A stretch of 64,000 nt of DNA from positions 8,909-72,908 of the forward strand of contig JAOTXX010000008.1 of assembly GCA_029862185.1 (NCBI GenBank). The letters run 5' to 3'. A program made the translations under genes and the position numbers. The notes under the pieces are model-generated. The model worked only from the letters and a program-made list of their open reading frames with translations. It did not search any database and was not told the origin of the DNA. This DNA is from Myxococcales bacterium (GTDB taxonomy: Bacteria; Myxococcota_A; Polyangia; Polyangiales; Houyiibacteriaceae). Shown here piece after piece: positions 9,710 to 17,493 of the stretch; the stretch's first letter is position 1; the number at the start of each line of letters is the position of its first letter.

Positions 9710-11335
9710 ATGCCTGAAGGAATATTCGATTTCATCGTCGTTGGTGCCGGTTCGGCGGGCTGCTGCCTTGCGAATCGACTCTCCAGAGACCCGGAGAATC
9801 GGGTTTTGCTGCTCGAAGCTGGCGGCAAAGACAACAGCCCGCTCATCAAGATGCCGATCGGCTTCACGCAGCTCATGTACGACCCGAAGGTCACCAACCT
9901 CTACAAGACCGAGCCCGAGCCGCACCTGAACGACCGGGAGATGAGCGTGGTTCGGGGTCGGGTGCTCGGCGGCTGCAGCTCGATCAACGGAATGGTCTAC
10001 ATGCGCGGCCAGCGGCAGGATTACGACGACTGGGGCGCGCTCCCAGGCTGCGGAGGCTGGTCCTACAAGAACATGCTTCCCTATTTCAAGCGCTCTGAGA
10101 ACTTCGAAGCTGGGCCGGCCAACGAGTATCACGCCAAGGGCGGGGAGCTGAACGTCGCCCACGTGCAGATGCAGTACGAGATCAGCGATGTGTACATCGA
10201 CGCCGCCGTGAGCGCCGGCATTCCGCGCAACGACGACATCAACGGCGAGAAGCAAGATGGCATCGGCTACGTCCAGGTGAACATGAAGGGTGGGCAGCGT
10301 TGGAGCTCGGCCGATGCGTTTCTCAGTGCCGATGTGAAGAGACGGCCGAACCTCACCATCGTGATCAAGGCAGTGGCTCAGCGCATCTTGCTCGATGGCA
10401 AGAAGGCCGTTGGGATCGAGTACCAGGACGCCAAGGGCAAATTGCACCAGGCCAAGGCGAGCCGTGAGGTCGTGCTCTCGGCGGGCACGTACAACTCGCC
10501 GCCGCTGCTGGAGCACTCGGGGATTGGCAACCCGGAAGTGCTTGGCGAGCTCGGGGTCGAGGTGAAGCATGCGCTTCGCGGGGTCGGCGAGAACCTTCAG
10601 GACCATTTTCAAGTCTGGGTTCAGCAGGGCGTGAAGACCAAGCACTGCCTTTCGGAGGACGGGAAGTTCCCGAAGGTCGTCTTCGCGGTTCTCAAGTACA
10701 TGTTCGGCAAGAAGGGGCCGCTCACGATGCCGGCCTGCAATGTGGGTGGTTTCGTGCCGAACGAGGGCGCGGAACGGCCGATTTTCCAGATTCACTTCAC
10801 GCCTGGCGCCGGCGGCATGGACGCCGACGGCAAGATGGTGGCGACGCCCGACCCCGGCGTGAATTCGACGGTGTGCATCATTCGCCCCACGTCACGGGGC
10901 AGCGTCCATGCGCGCAGCACGGATGCCAAAGCGTTTCCGAAGATCATCCACAACTACTTGTCGACCGACCACGATCGCGAGCTCGCCATCGAAGGCTTCA
11001 AGCTGCAGCGGAAGATCTACCAGTCCGAAGTCTTCAAGCCCCACGCGACATACGAAATCTTGCCGGGCGACTCGGTGCAGACCGACGATGAGATCCTCGA
11101 ATTCTGGCGGAACGAAGGGATGAGCGTGTACCACCCGGTTGGCTCGTCGAAGATGGGCGCGGCGGATGACCCGATGGCCGTGGTCGATAAAGAGCTGAGG
11201 GTGCACGGGGTTGAGGGGCTGCGGGTTGTGGATGCTTCGATTTTCCCGCTCTTGCCCTCAGGGAATACACACGCGCCGACGGTTGCGGTCGCGGAGCGGG
11301 CGGCGGATTTGATTCTTGGGAATCCCATGGCGTAG
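9710..11335 (+). CDS. GMC family oxidoreductase (choline/alcohol dehydrogenase-like)
   Basis: DFIVVGAGSAGC, GRVLGGCSSINGMVY, GENLQDH, YHPVGSSKMG, GNTHAPTVAVAERAAD. Confidence 0.93.
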   Translation: MPEGIFDFIVVGAGSAGCCLANRLSRDPENRVLLLEAGGKDNSPLIKMPIGFTQLMYDPKVTNLYKTEPEPHLNDREMSVVRGRVLGGCSSINGMVYMRGQRQDYDDWGALPGCGGWSYKNMLPYFKRSENFEAGPANEYHAKGGELNVAHVQMQYEISDVYIDAAVSAGIPRNDDINGEKQDGIGYVQVNMKGGQRWSSADAFLSADVKRRPNLTIVIKAVAQRILLDGKKAVGIEYQDAKGKLHQAKASREVVLSAGTYNSPPLLEHSGIGNPEVLGELGVEVKHALRGVGENLQDHFQVWVQQGVKTKHCLSEDGKFPKVVFAVLKYMFGKKGPLTMPACNVGGFVPNEGAERPIFQIHFTPGAGGMDADGKMVATPDPGVNSTVCIIRPTSRGSVHARSTDAKAFPKIIHNYLSTDHDRELAIEGFKLQRKIYQSEVFKPHATYEILPGDSVQTDDEILEFWRNEGMSVYHPVGSSKMGAADDPMAVVDKELRVHGVEGLRVVDASIFPLLPSGNTHAPTVAVAERAADLILGNPMA

Positions 11336-11340
11336 AGATC

Positions 11341-11388
11341 GGGGCGCGGCGGAACGCGACGCGGGGGTGCGACGAACGGCTCGCGGGC
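11341..11388 (+). repeat. Degenerate partial copy of the left arm of the structured repeat
   Basis: GGGGCGCGGcggaacGCGACgCGGGGgTGCGaCGAACGGctcg resembles GGGGCGCGGAAAGAGGCGCGACACGGGGCTGCGTCGAACGG (left arm of copy 2). Confidence 0.55.
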
Positions 11389-11596
11389 GTACCGGGGCGC
11401 GGAAAAAACCCGTCACGGGGTTCCATCGAACGGCTCGGCTTGCAGATGTGGTCGGAAGCACTTGGGGGCCTGGACCACGCAAGCCGAGCCTCGGAACTCG
11501 CGCCAATCGGGGGTGGTTGCTGTCTTGCCGATTGTCACTCGTTACGTCGACTCCACCCCATGACGGGTTTTTTCCGCGCCCCTCTATATGGAGACA
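11389..11596 (+). repeat. Structured intergenic repeat, copy 1 (candidate ncRNA or REP/MITE-like element)
   Basis: 22-bp terminal stem 11394-11415/11561-11582, 12-bp inner stem 11432-11443/11479-11490, 44-nt core 11497-11540 identical to the reverse complement of 21658-21701. Confidence 0.85.
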
Positions 11597-11655
11597 GGAC
11601 CACCAACCTTCCCCAAACGGTAGGCGCCAGCGTCAATGTCAGCGCCGCGCCAGCG

Positions 11656-12318
11656 CTACCCCGCCACGAACGTCCGCGCGCCCTCTGCGAGTGCGTCGAT
11701 GAGGCTCGATGGCTCCGTCCGAACCATCGGTGAAAGCTCAATCTGCACGCCGCTCAGCCGTGGCACATTGACCGGGTTGTCGGGATGCACGCCTCGAATC
11801 GGCTTTGGGATCACCGAGAGGTCGTCGACGACGACCGCATTGGGGAGTGCGGGGCGCAGCGCTTCGGCAAGGTGTGCCGCGAGCGCGCGATTGCGTCCAC
11901 CAAGCATCACATGGTGGAGAAACGCCTTCCGGCGAAAGCCATGTACGGTCACCACGATGTCGACGACCTCGAAGAACGCTTGCAGCTTGGGGGACTCATC
12001 GGCTCGAAAAAGCGAAGACGGGATGTGCCAACGGAGATTCGGCGGCTGCCGTATCGCATAGAACGACGCGTCGGCTTTGTACGCCGCCTTTTCGGCAATC
12101 GCATCGGTCTTCGTCTCCAGGCTTCCGCCATGAAACGCCATGAAGCCAAACCGAGAGCGCAGGGCAAGGTCCTCTTCGACGCCACGGCAGGCCAGCAGCT
12201 CTGCGAGGTAGCGCCGCTTCCGGTTTTCGAATGGGCCCTTGGGCGCGGGACGGGTCACCGCTGGGGTGTAGCACTCGTTTGGGCGGGCTCCCGCGAACCT
12301 GAGCCTGGCCTCGTTCAA
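11656..12318 (-). CDS. Poly-gamma-glutamate hydrolase family protein (PghP/DUF867-like)
   Basis: AFHGGSLE, HIPS, TVHG and GVHPDNPVN..GVQIELS motifs; true start may be downstream of 12318. Confidence 0.8.
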   Translation of the reverse strand: MNEARLRFAGARPNECYTPAVTRPAPKGPFENRKRRYLAELLACRGVEEDLALRSRFGFMAFHGGSLETKTDAIAEKAAYKADASFYAIRQPPNLRWHIPSSLFRADESPKLQAFFEVVDIVVTVHGFRRKAFLHHVMLGGRNRALAAHLAEALRPALPNAVVVDDLSVIPKPIRGVHPDNPVNVPRLSGVQIELSPMVRTEPSSLIDALAEGARTFVAG

Positions 12319-12358
12319 GCCCGAGCCGTCGGTTGCGTTTCAAACGCGCCCGTAGCGC

Positions 12359-12961
12359 TCAAAACACCAGTCGCGATCGCGCCAGGTCCCATTGAGCTCG
12401 GCGTGGTGCCTTGGTTCGCGCTTCCTGCAGTCCGCGGAGCTTTTGCTTGCGAGCGCCTAGCTTCGAGCCTGAGACGGCAGCGCCGATGAGCCCTCCGATC
12501 GCAGCGACGGTGCCGAGCGTAAAGAGGACGAAAGTGCCGCCAGGAGGGAAAAGGTCCCAGCTCGGATCTAGAGACTCCTCTCGTTGCCACTTGCGGAGCA
12601 CGACGACTCCGCCGCCTATTAGCGCCCCGCCGACTCCAATGAAGAGGGAGGAAACGATGACCCCCTTCCTGTATTGCTGTACACGAGGGTCCGTCTTGTG
12701 CCGCGGCGCTGGAGGCGGCGACACGCTCATACCGGAGGAGTCGAGGCGCAGCTCGTACGTGTCTGGGTCCCAGTTCCTCCGCGTCCGCTTGCGCAAACGC
12801 GGACTCAGACCGCCTTCCTCTTGAGCTGGCTCAGACGAAGGCCCGGGCGCCTCTGGACCTGGCTCCGGCATCGTACCTTCGGCGCCGTCTTGTGCGCCCG
12901 CCCCCAGAGGCAAAGCCAACAACGCCGCGAGCAAGCACAGAAAACGAATCGAGTACCGTAT
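12359..12961 (-). CDS. Exported/membrane hypothetical protein; probable start codon ATA (mutated or non-canonical)
   Basis: The in-frame extension of ORF 12359-12934 reads AGAGG-ttcgtc-ATA CGG TAC TCG ATT CGT TTT CTG TGC, matching the gagg..gtcATG-R-Y leader of 14220. Signal peptide ends AGA-Q; two TM segments. Confidence 0.6.
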   Translation of the reverse strand: MRYSIRFLCLLAALLALPLGAGAQDGAEGTMPEPGPEAPGPSSEPAQEEGGLSPRLRKRTRRNWDPDTYELRLDSSGMSVSPPPAPRHKTDPRVQQYRKGVIVSSLFIGVGGALIGGGVVVLRKWQREESLDPSWDLFPPGGTFVLFTLGTVAAIGGLIGAAVSGSKLGARKQKLRGLQEARTKAPRRAQWDLARSRLVF

Positions 12962-13009
12962 GACGAACCTCTTTACGTATGACCATGGGTCCCCCAGCTG
13001 CCGAGCGAT

Positions 13010-13021
13010 ATACGTAATTCT
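13010..13021 (-). promoter_or_regulatory. Conserved 12-bp motif AGAATTACGTAT, copy 1
   Basis: Exact match to 14043-14054 (+) and 17382-17393 (-); lies on the coding strand upstream of the 12961 gene. Confidence 0.6.
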
Positions 13022-13111
13022 TTAGCGGGGAGCTGGGTTGCCAGCCATCCCCGCGCCGCGGTGCTCACGGCTTACTCGCCCAATGCGTATCGTGCTAAAC
13101 ACCGCCCACAC

Positions 13112-13188
13112 GCGCCTGTAGCTCAGCTGGATAGAGCGGTGGCCTTCTAAGCCGATGGTCGGGGGTTCGAATCCCTCCAGGCGCGCCG
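13112..13188 (+). tRNA. tRNA-Arg(UCU)
   Basis: GCGCCTG/CAGGCGC acceptor stem, D-arm GCTCAGCTGGATAGAGC, anticodon loop CT-TCT-AA, T-arm GGGGG-TTCGAAT-CCCTC; ends CCG rather than CCA. Confidence 0.95.
13149..13187 (+). repeat. attL-like 39-bp direct repeat (3' half of tRNA-Arg)
   Basis: AAGCCGATGGTCGGGGGTTCGAATCCCTCCAGGCGCGCC, identical to 18921-18959. Confidence 0.93.
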
Positions 13189-13286
13189 TAAAACACGGGA
13201 TGAAATGGTCCTCTGCACTTTGCTTGCATCGCTGCTGGACCCCCTGCTGGACCTTTTTCCCGCGCCCGCGCCAAAGCTTCGCGCCG

Positions 13287-13793
13287 TCAACGCAGATGCT
13301 TTGGAATGGGCCAAGGATCATTCCAGTCCACTTCGTGCCCCCTGGTCACGTTGTCGGGTCGCGGGTGATGGAGTGCTCGCAGGATCGCGTTTGGGACTGA
13401 CTCCGGATTCCTCCATCGTTTGCCCTTGGGCTTGCCGTCATCGACTAGCAGCGATGCGATCGCTTGACCGACCTCGATCGGATCGCAATCGGCCTTTGTG
13501 CAATCGGCTCGCAGTGGTGGCGGAAGGTGGCGGATGACATAGGCGGCCACGTACAGCGGATCGGCCCCGCTGTCCTCGATCGCGATGCGCGTAACGTTGA
13601 TCATGAAGGGGCCTTCCCACATGCGGCCACCCCTTAGTCTCTGGTATACAGGCGCGGCGTCCTTCACGTCAGCCCACCGCACCACGCGGACGCCCGCGAT
13701 CGCGACAATGGGGGCCGGTTCTACCCTATGCGGTTCGGGCGCGTGCTCCGCTTCGGCGCTAGGCTCGTGTTTAGTCGGCGGGTTTTCTTCCAT
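13287..13793 (-). CDS. Hypothetical protein (island)
   Basis: Globular-looking C-terminal region; start placed at MEENPP because the longer ORF start overlaps the 32-bp repeat. Confidence 0.5.
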   Translation of the reverse strand: MEENPPTKHEPSAEAEHAPEPHRVEPAPIVAIAGVRVVRWADVKDAAPVYQRLRGGRMWEGPFMINVTRIAIEDSGADPLYVAAYVIRHLPPPLRADCTKADCDPIEVGQAIASLLVDDGKPKGKRWRNPESVPNAILRALHHPRPDNVTRGHEVDWNDPWPIPKHLR

Positions 13794-13963
13794 GACCGCT
13801 GGCTCATGCCCGGAGCGCTGGTATCGCTGTCGGGCTTTTCTAATGGCGCAGTCTAACTGGAAAAACGGACTGCGCAGGCTCCGGTCACGGGACGTGTATG
13901 AACCGACGGGACCCGCGCTTCCCTTGCGTTGCGTCCTGGCGACCGCAACACCCCGGCGGTCGA

Positions 13964-13995
13964 CGCACCCGCTGCGCCCCCACGCCCCAAACGCA
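13964..13995 (+). repeat. 32-bp cassette repeat, copy 1
   Basis: CGCACCCGCTGCGCCCCCACGCCCCAAACGCA; near-identical to 17425-17456 (-) and 18439-18470 (-). Confidence 0.8.
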
Positions 13996-14042
13996 ACGCC
14001 CTGCAACCGGGCTTCGTGTCAATGCGCAAAACCCGCAACTAG

Positions 14043-14054
14043 AGAATTACGTAT
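14043..14054 (+). promoter_or_regulatory. Conserved 12-bp motif AGAATTACGTAT, copy 2
   Basis: Exact match; followed by GCCGCA as in copy 3 (AGCCGCA); upstream of the lipoprotein at 14220. Confidence 0.6.
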
Positions 14055-14219
14055 GCCGCAATTTCTGCGCGAGTTAGCTGCGAAACGCAGACTGTGCACT
14101 CACTTTTTCGTCGACTTCAAGTGATTACCAACAGTTTACGGCTGGCACGTCCTGTGCTTCCCGATATGTCCAAGCGTCCGTGTTTCCCGTTGCCGCGAGG
14201 CGTCGAAGGGAGGCGCGTC

Positions 14220-15428
14220 ATGAGGTACTTATTCGGATTTCTATGCGTCTGCGCGCTCGGCCTGGTTCCACTTGTTGGCTGCGGTAACGACGCGACGGGC
14301 GATGGTGGCACGGCTGGTATGGGCGGCGCAGGCGGAACCGGCGGCAACGTGACTGAAGCGATCGAGCAGATGTTGGTCGGCCGCTGGTGGCTCGATTGGG
14401 ACGGCGCGATGGCCATGCTTGACGATGGAGTTGGGCTCCCCGCCTTCACGGCTGACGGGTGGGCCAACTACGATGTGAAATTTCCGGTAGGGCTTCCGGG
14501 CCTCACCGACTGGTGCAGGCGGTACGCGAACTGGTCTCTGTTTGACGTGGTCAGTGAGACCGAGTTTGGCTATGCGCTGACCTACACTCACGACACCTGT
14601 AGCCGGGAGACAGGTTGGACGGAACAATTCAAGGTGGTCTTGGATCAGACGAATCCTCCGAATGGCGAGGTGACCCGTCTGTCATCTACGGACCCGGGAG
14701 TAGGGGACGAATTCACGATGCCCATCGAACGATGCACCACCGATATCAACGCAACCGAGGCGTGTACGTTCGACACCGGGCTCGGCGCACCCACACAGAA
14801 TCCCCCGACCGTCGAGCTCACCCTGACGTTGGTCGTGGGGGCTTCCGGAATTGATCGTCCGCCTCTCGAAGGCGCGGCGTTTTGCGAGACTGACACCGAG
14901 AACTGCGAGATGACGGACGCAAACGGACAGGCAACGATCGAAATCGACGTACCCGCAGACGGACAGATCAGTTACACGTACACCAAAGACGGGTACGCGT
15001 CGGCTTTGCGCACTGAAGTGGTCGACGACACCTTCGTCGGGGGGCGCACGAACTGGACATTGACGGACGCGGAGATGCAGCGCCAAGCCGACCTCGTGAT
15101 GACACCCTACCCGTATGAGGGAACCGGGGCCCTCGTAGTTTCTGTGTTCCCTCGTAGTGGTGCAACGTTCGAGCTCGTCGGGGCATCGGGCAAAGGGTTC
15201 TACTACGACGCCCAAGGCGATCCATCGCTCGATCTCGACAGTACAACCACTAACGGAGTAGGCGGCTTCGTTGAGGTCGCCCCGGATGAGGTCGAAGTTC
15301 GGCTCGGAGGAACGGCGACGAACTGCGTCGCGGAATTCGGATGGCCTGGCAGCGAAGCGAACACGATCAGAATGCCGGTCAAAGTCGGCTTCGTCTCATG
15401 GAGCGGCGTGGTCTGCGATGCGCTCTGA
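14220..15428 (+). CDS. Lipoprotein with Gly/Thr linker; C-terminal half carboxypeptidase-regulatory-like (SD-repeat/Ig-type) fold
   Basis: GGGAGG RBS, MRYLFGFLCVCALGLVPLVG-C lipobox, GGTAGMGGAGGTGG linker, CETDTENCEMTDANGQATI ... YTKDGY. Confidence 0.75.
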   Translation: MRYLFGFLCVCALGLVPLVGCGNDATGDGGTAGMGGAGGTGGNVTEAIEQMLVGRWWLDWDGAMAMLDDGVGLPAFTADGWANYDVKFPVGLPGLTDWCRRYANWSLFDVVSETEFGYALTYTHDTCSRETGWTEQFKVVLDQTNPPNGEVTRLSSTDPGVGDEFTMPIERCTTDINATEACTFDTGLGAPTQNPPTVELTLTLVVGASGIDRPPLEGAAFCETDTENCEMTDANGQATIEIDVPADGQISYTYTKDGYASALRTEVVDDTFVGGRTNWTLTDAEMQRQADLVMTPYPYEGTGALVVSVFPRSGATFELVGASGKGFYYDAQGDPSLDLDSTTTNGVGGFVEVAPDEVEVRLGGTATNCVAEFGWPGSEANTIRMPVKVGFVSWSGVVCDAL

Positions 15429-15478
15429 CCGTCGAAGTTAGCCAACGCGACTAGCAAACAGGACCGGCGGCCTTCAGA

Positions 15479-16183
15479 TCACTCTGCGTGTCGCGCTTGC
15501 TCGTTCGGCGTAACCCGCTCGCCGTGCCAGACAAGCACCTTCACTTCGCCGCGTTCACTTAGCGGCACCGTGACGTAGGGCAACTCGAGCTCGGCCACGT
15601 TCGGCTGTTCAATGCCGAAGCACAAGCATAGCTCCGCTTCCTTCGGAAACTGGTCGGCCACTTCGTCCATCGCCGCTTCCGCGCTGTCGGCCAGCACCAC
15701 CTTGCCGTCATGCCGCGCAGCCACCCACCGCTGTTCTTGCGGCCTCGCGCCCGCGCAGTGCTTTTGCAGAAACGCGAGCCGCTTCGGCTTCGAGTCGTAC
15801 AAGGTTTCAGCCAAGTTGCTTGGCTTGCTGACTTGCCCGCACGCCGCGCACTTGACGCTAGTCGGGGTGCTGCCCTTGGGGCGGTAACTGCCGAGCACTA
15901 GAAAGCACGAAGGCGTCACCGCTTCGCCACGCTCGGCCACTTGCGCGGCTTCGCAGGCCGGGCACGCGAGGCCCACCGCGTAGTTCACGCCGCCCACGCT
16001 GCGAAAGGTGTAGCCGCTCGCTTGGAGAATATGTCTCGCGCCCGAGTGCGGGTTTTCGTCGCAACCTTGCGCCCACCTATGCAGCAGCTTTTCGAGCGAA
16101 GGCTGGAACCGCGCACAACCGGGGCGCACGGTTTCAAATGGTGCTTTCGCTTTTTCAGTCATGCTCGCTGTCTCCGAAAACAT
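15479..16183 (-). CDS. Hypothetical protein with two CxxC pairs (possible zinc ribbon)
   Basis: CPAC and CAAC motifs; overlaps the upstream small ORF. Confidence 0.5.
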   Translation of the reverse strand: MFSETASMTEKAKAPFETVRPGCARFQPSLEKLLHRWAQGCDENPHSGARHILQASGYTFRSVGGVNYAVGLACPACEAAQVAERGEAVTPSCFLVLGSYRPKGSTPTSVKCAACGQVSKPSNLAETLYDSKPKRLAFLQKHCAGARPQEQRWVAARHDGKVVLADSAEAAMDEVADQFPKEAELCLCFGIEQPNVAELELPYVTVPLSERGEVKVLVWHGERVTPNEQARHAE

Positions 16184-16364
16184 GTTGGCGCAGCCGGGCG
16201 AAGCGCGGCGGCTTCCGAGACTCGTCCAATTGGTCGGCGGTTATTGGTCGGCGCAAGTACGCCACCAGCTCGCGCCACCGGGCCTGGTAGGCGTCCCGCC
16301 GCTGCTGTTCTTGGGTTTCGGCTATCGGCCAAAGGTCGTTGTCATGTCGCTGTTCAGCTTTCAT
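16155..16364 (-). CDS. Small hypothetical protein
   Basis: MKAEQRHDNDLWPIAE...; charged helical composition; stop overlaps the start region of 15479-16183. Confidence 0.35.
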   Translation of the reverse strand: MKAEQRHDNDLWPIAETQEQQRRDAYQARWRELVAYLRRPITADQLDESRKPPRFARLRQHVFGDSEHD

Positions 16365-16676
16365 GGCTTTGTATTCCTGCCGCCGCCCCCGGGCGGCTGA
16401 GGCGCTAAGGACATCACCAGCCGTCCGGAGGGGTCGCGTTGGAGCAGCCGTTTCTCGAGTCGACTGTCCCCGTGAGAAGCGAGGAGACCGAGCAGCCACA
16501 CACCATTGAGCAACCGATCGGCTGATATGAAAGAACTGGCTCGAGCGCAGCACCGATACGCCTAGATTGGCACCCTAACGCCGTCAAAACGAACGAATAC
16601 GGCTTCTAGTGGCTCCTGAGACGGACAGGCTAGGCAAACGGGGCGGCGGCCTAGGCGGGCGCTGAGGCGGCGCGTA

Positions 16677-16706
16677 CGGCTGCACCTCAAACGCCCCGAT
16701 GTCGCA
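16677..16706 (-). pseudogene. Orphan 3' fragment encoding CDIGAFEVQP (choice-of-anchor-Q-like C-terminus), copy 1
   Basis: TGC GAC ATC GGG GCG TTT GAG GTG CAG CCG, 47 nt after the stop of 16754-17326; near-identical to 17458-17487. Confidence 0.7.
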
Positions 16707-16753
16707 CATCACCCGATGTCGTCAGCTCCTGCATGGTTGAAAGGTCGGGGAGC

Positions 16754-17326
16754 TCAGAAGGAATCGCAGTAGCCCCGAGGACGCGTAAACTCAAAGCAGA
16801 GCTCAGCAAACGGCCCATAACAGCAGTGGCCGTCTCGGCATTCCCCGAAGTCCGTGCACCTGTACTGACATCCGCCGGTGATGCTGCAGTTATATCTTTC
16901 TAGCCTGTAGCAGCAGCTCGAGCCGTTCGGTTCGAGTGTGTGAGCGCAAGTGCCTTCATCGTAAATGTCGTTCGTGCACGAATTACTGACGGGATAAACA
17001 GGGCCGGTCCGCGTACAGATATAGTCGGTACACATGTATTGGCTGGTGGGGGGCTCGCGTCTCTCGCAAGTCCTCGATACGCAAATGCCGTCCTCATAGA
17101 ACTGCTCGACGCCATCGAGGTCGCAGAAGACCGGTAGCTCGTTGTAGAGCACGGAACCGACCTCAGGGTTCCGACAGTATCCACCTGAGCAGACATCGTC
17201 GGTGCATTCGTTGTCGTCGTCGCACTCCTTATTAGTCTGGCATGGGATTCCTTCATCACCACACCCCACGACGCGAAACGTCCCGACTGTGAGCAACACC
17301 AGCATCAAACTAAGCAGCCACCGCAT
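16754..17326 (-). CDS. Cys-rich lipoprotein (CDDDNECTDDVC-type myxobacterial motif)
   Basis: GGGAGG-ttgtc-ATG, MRWLLSL...VVG-C lipobox, numerous Cys; visibly more AT-rich codon usage than the flanks. Confidence 0.75.
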   Translation of the reverse strand: MRWLLSLMLVLLTVGTFRVVGCGDEGIPCQTNKECDDDNECTDDVCSGGYCRNPEVGSVLYNELPVFCDLDGVEQFYEDGICVSRTCERREPPTSQYMCTDYICTRTGPVYPVSNSCTNDIYDEGTCAHTLEPNGSSCCYRLERYNCSITGGCQYRCTDFGECRDGHCCYGPFAELCFEFTRPRGYCDSF

Positions 17327-17381
17327 GACAACCTCCCGGCCCGGTAATAGGTAACGTGGGGTCGCCATGCAGCCTGCGGCT

Positions 17382-17393
17382 ATACGTAATTCT
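17382..17393 (-). promoter_or_regulatory. Conserved 12-bp motif AGAATTACGTAT, copy 3
   Basis: Exact match, 55 nt upstream of the lipoprotein ATG at 17326. Confidence 0.6.
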
Positions 17394-17424
17394 TTCCCGC
17401 TGAACCGATTGTGCGCGCAGCCTT

Positions 17425-17456
17425 TGCGTTTGGGGCATGGGCGCGCAGCGGGCGCG
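17425..17456 (-). repeat. 32-bp cassette repeat, copy 2
   Basis: Minus strand CGCGCCCGCTGCGCGCCCATGCCCCAAACGCA. Confidence 0.75.
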
Positions 17457-17457
17457 A

Positions 17458-17487
17458 CGGCTGCACCTCAAACGCGCCGACGTCGCA
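17458..17487 (-). pseudogene. Orphan 3' fragment encoding CDVGAFEVQP, copy 2
   Basis: TGC GAC GTC GGC GCG TTT GAG GTG CAG CCG, in frame 6 nt after the TGA of 17494-18324. Confidence 0.7.
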
Positions 17488-17493
17488 CGTCGC

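Noticed and set aside
11394-11582. Structured repeat as a simple rho-independent terminator or a Tn3-type MITE (GGGG ends)
   Set aside because: It is far longer and more branched than a terminator, with no 3' U-tract after the stem. There is no target-site duplication, and both copies share flanks beyond the inverted repeat. It is kept as an unexplained element instead.
15428-16753. Integron attC sites between cassettes (GTTAGCC near 15438, CCCTAAC near 16573)
   Set aside because: No correctly ordered RYYYAAC...GTTRRRY pair with a foldable bottom strand at a suitable spacing, and no intI.
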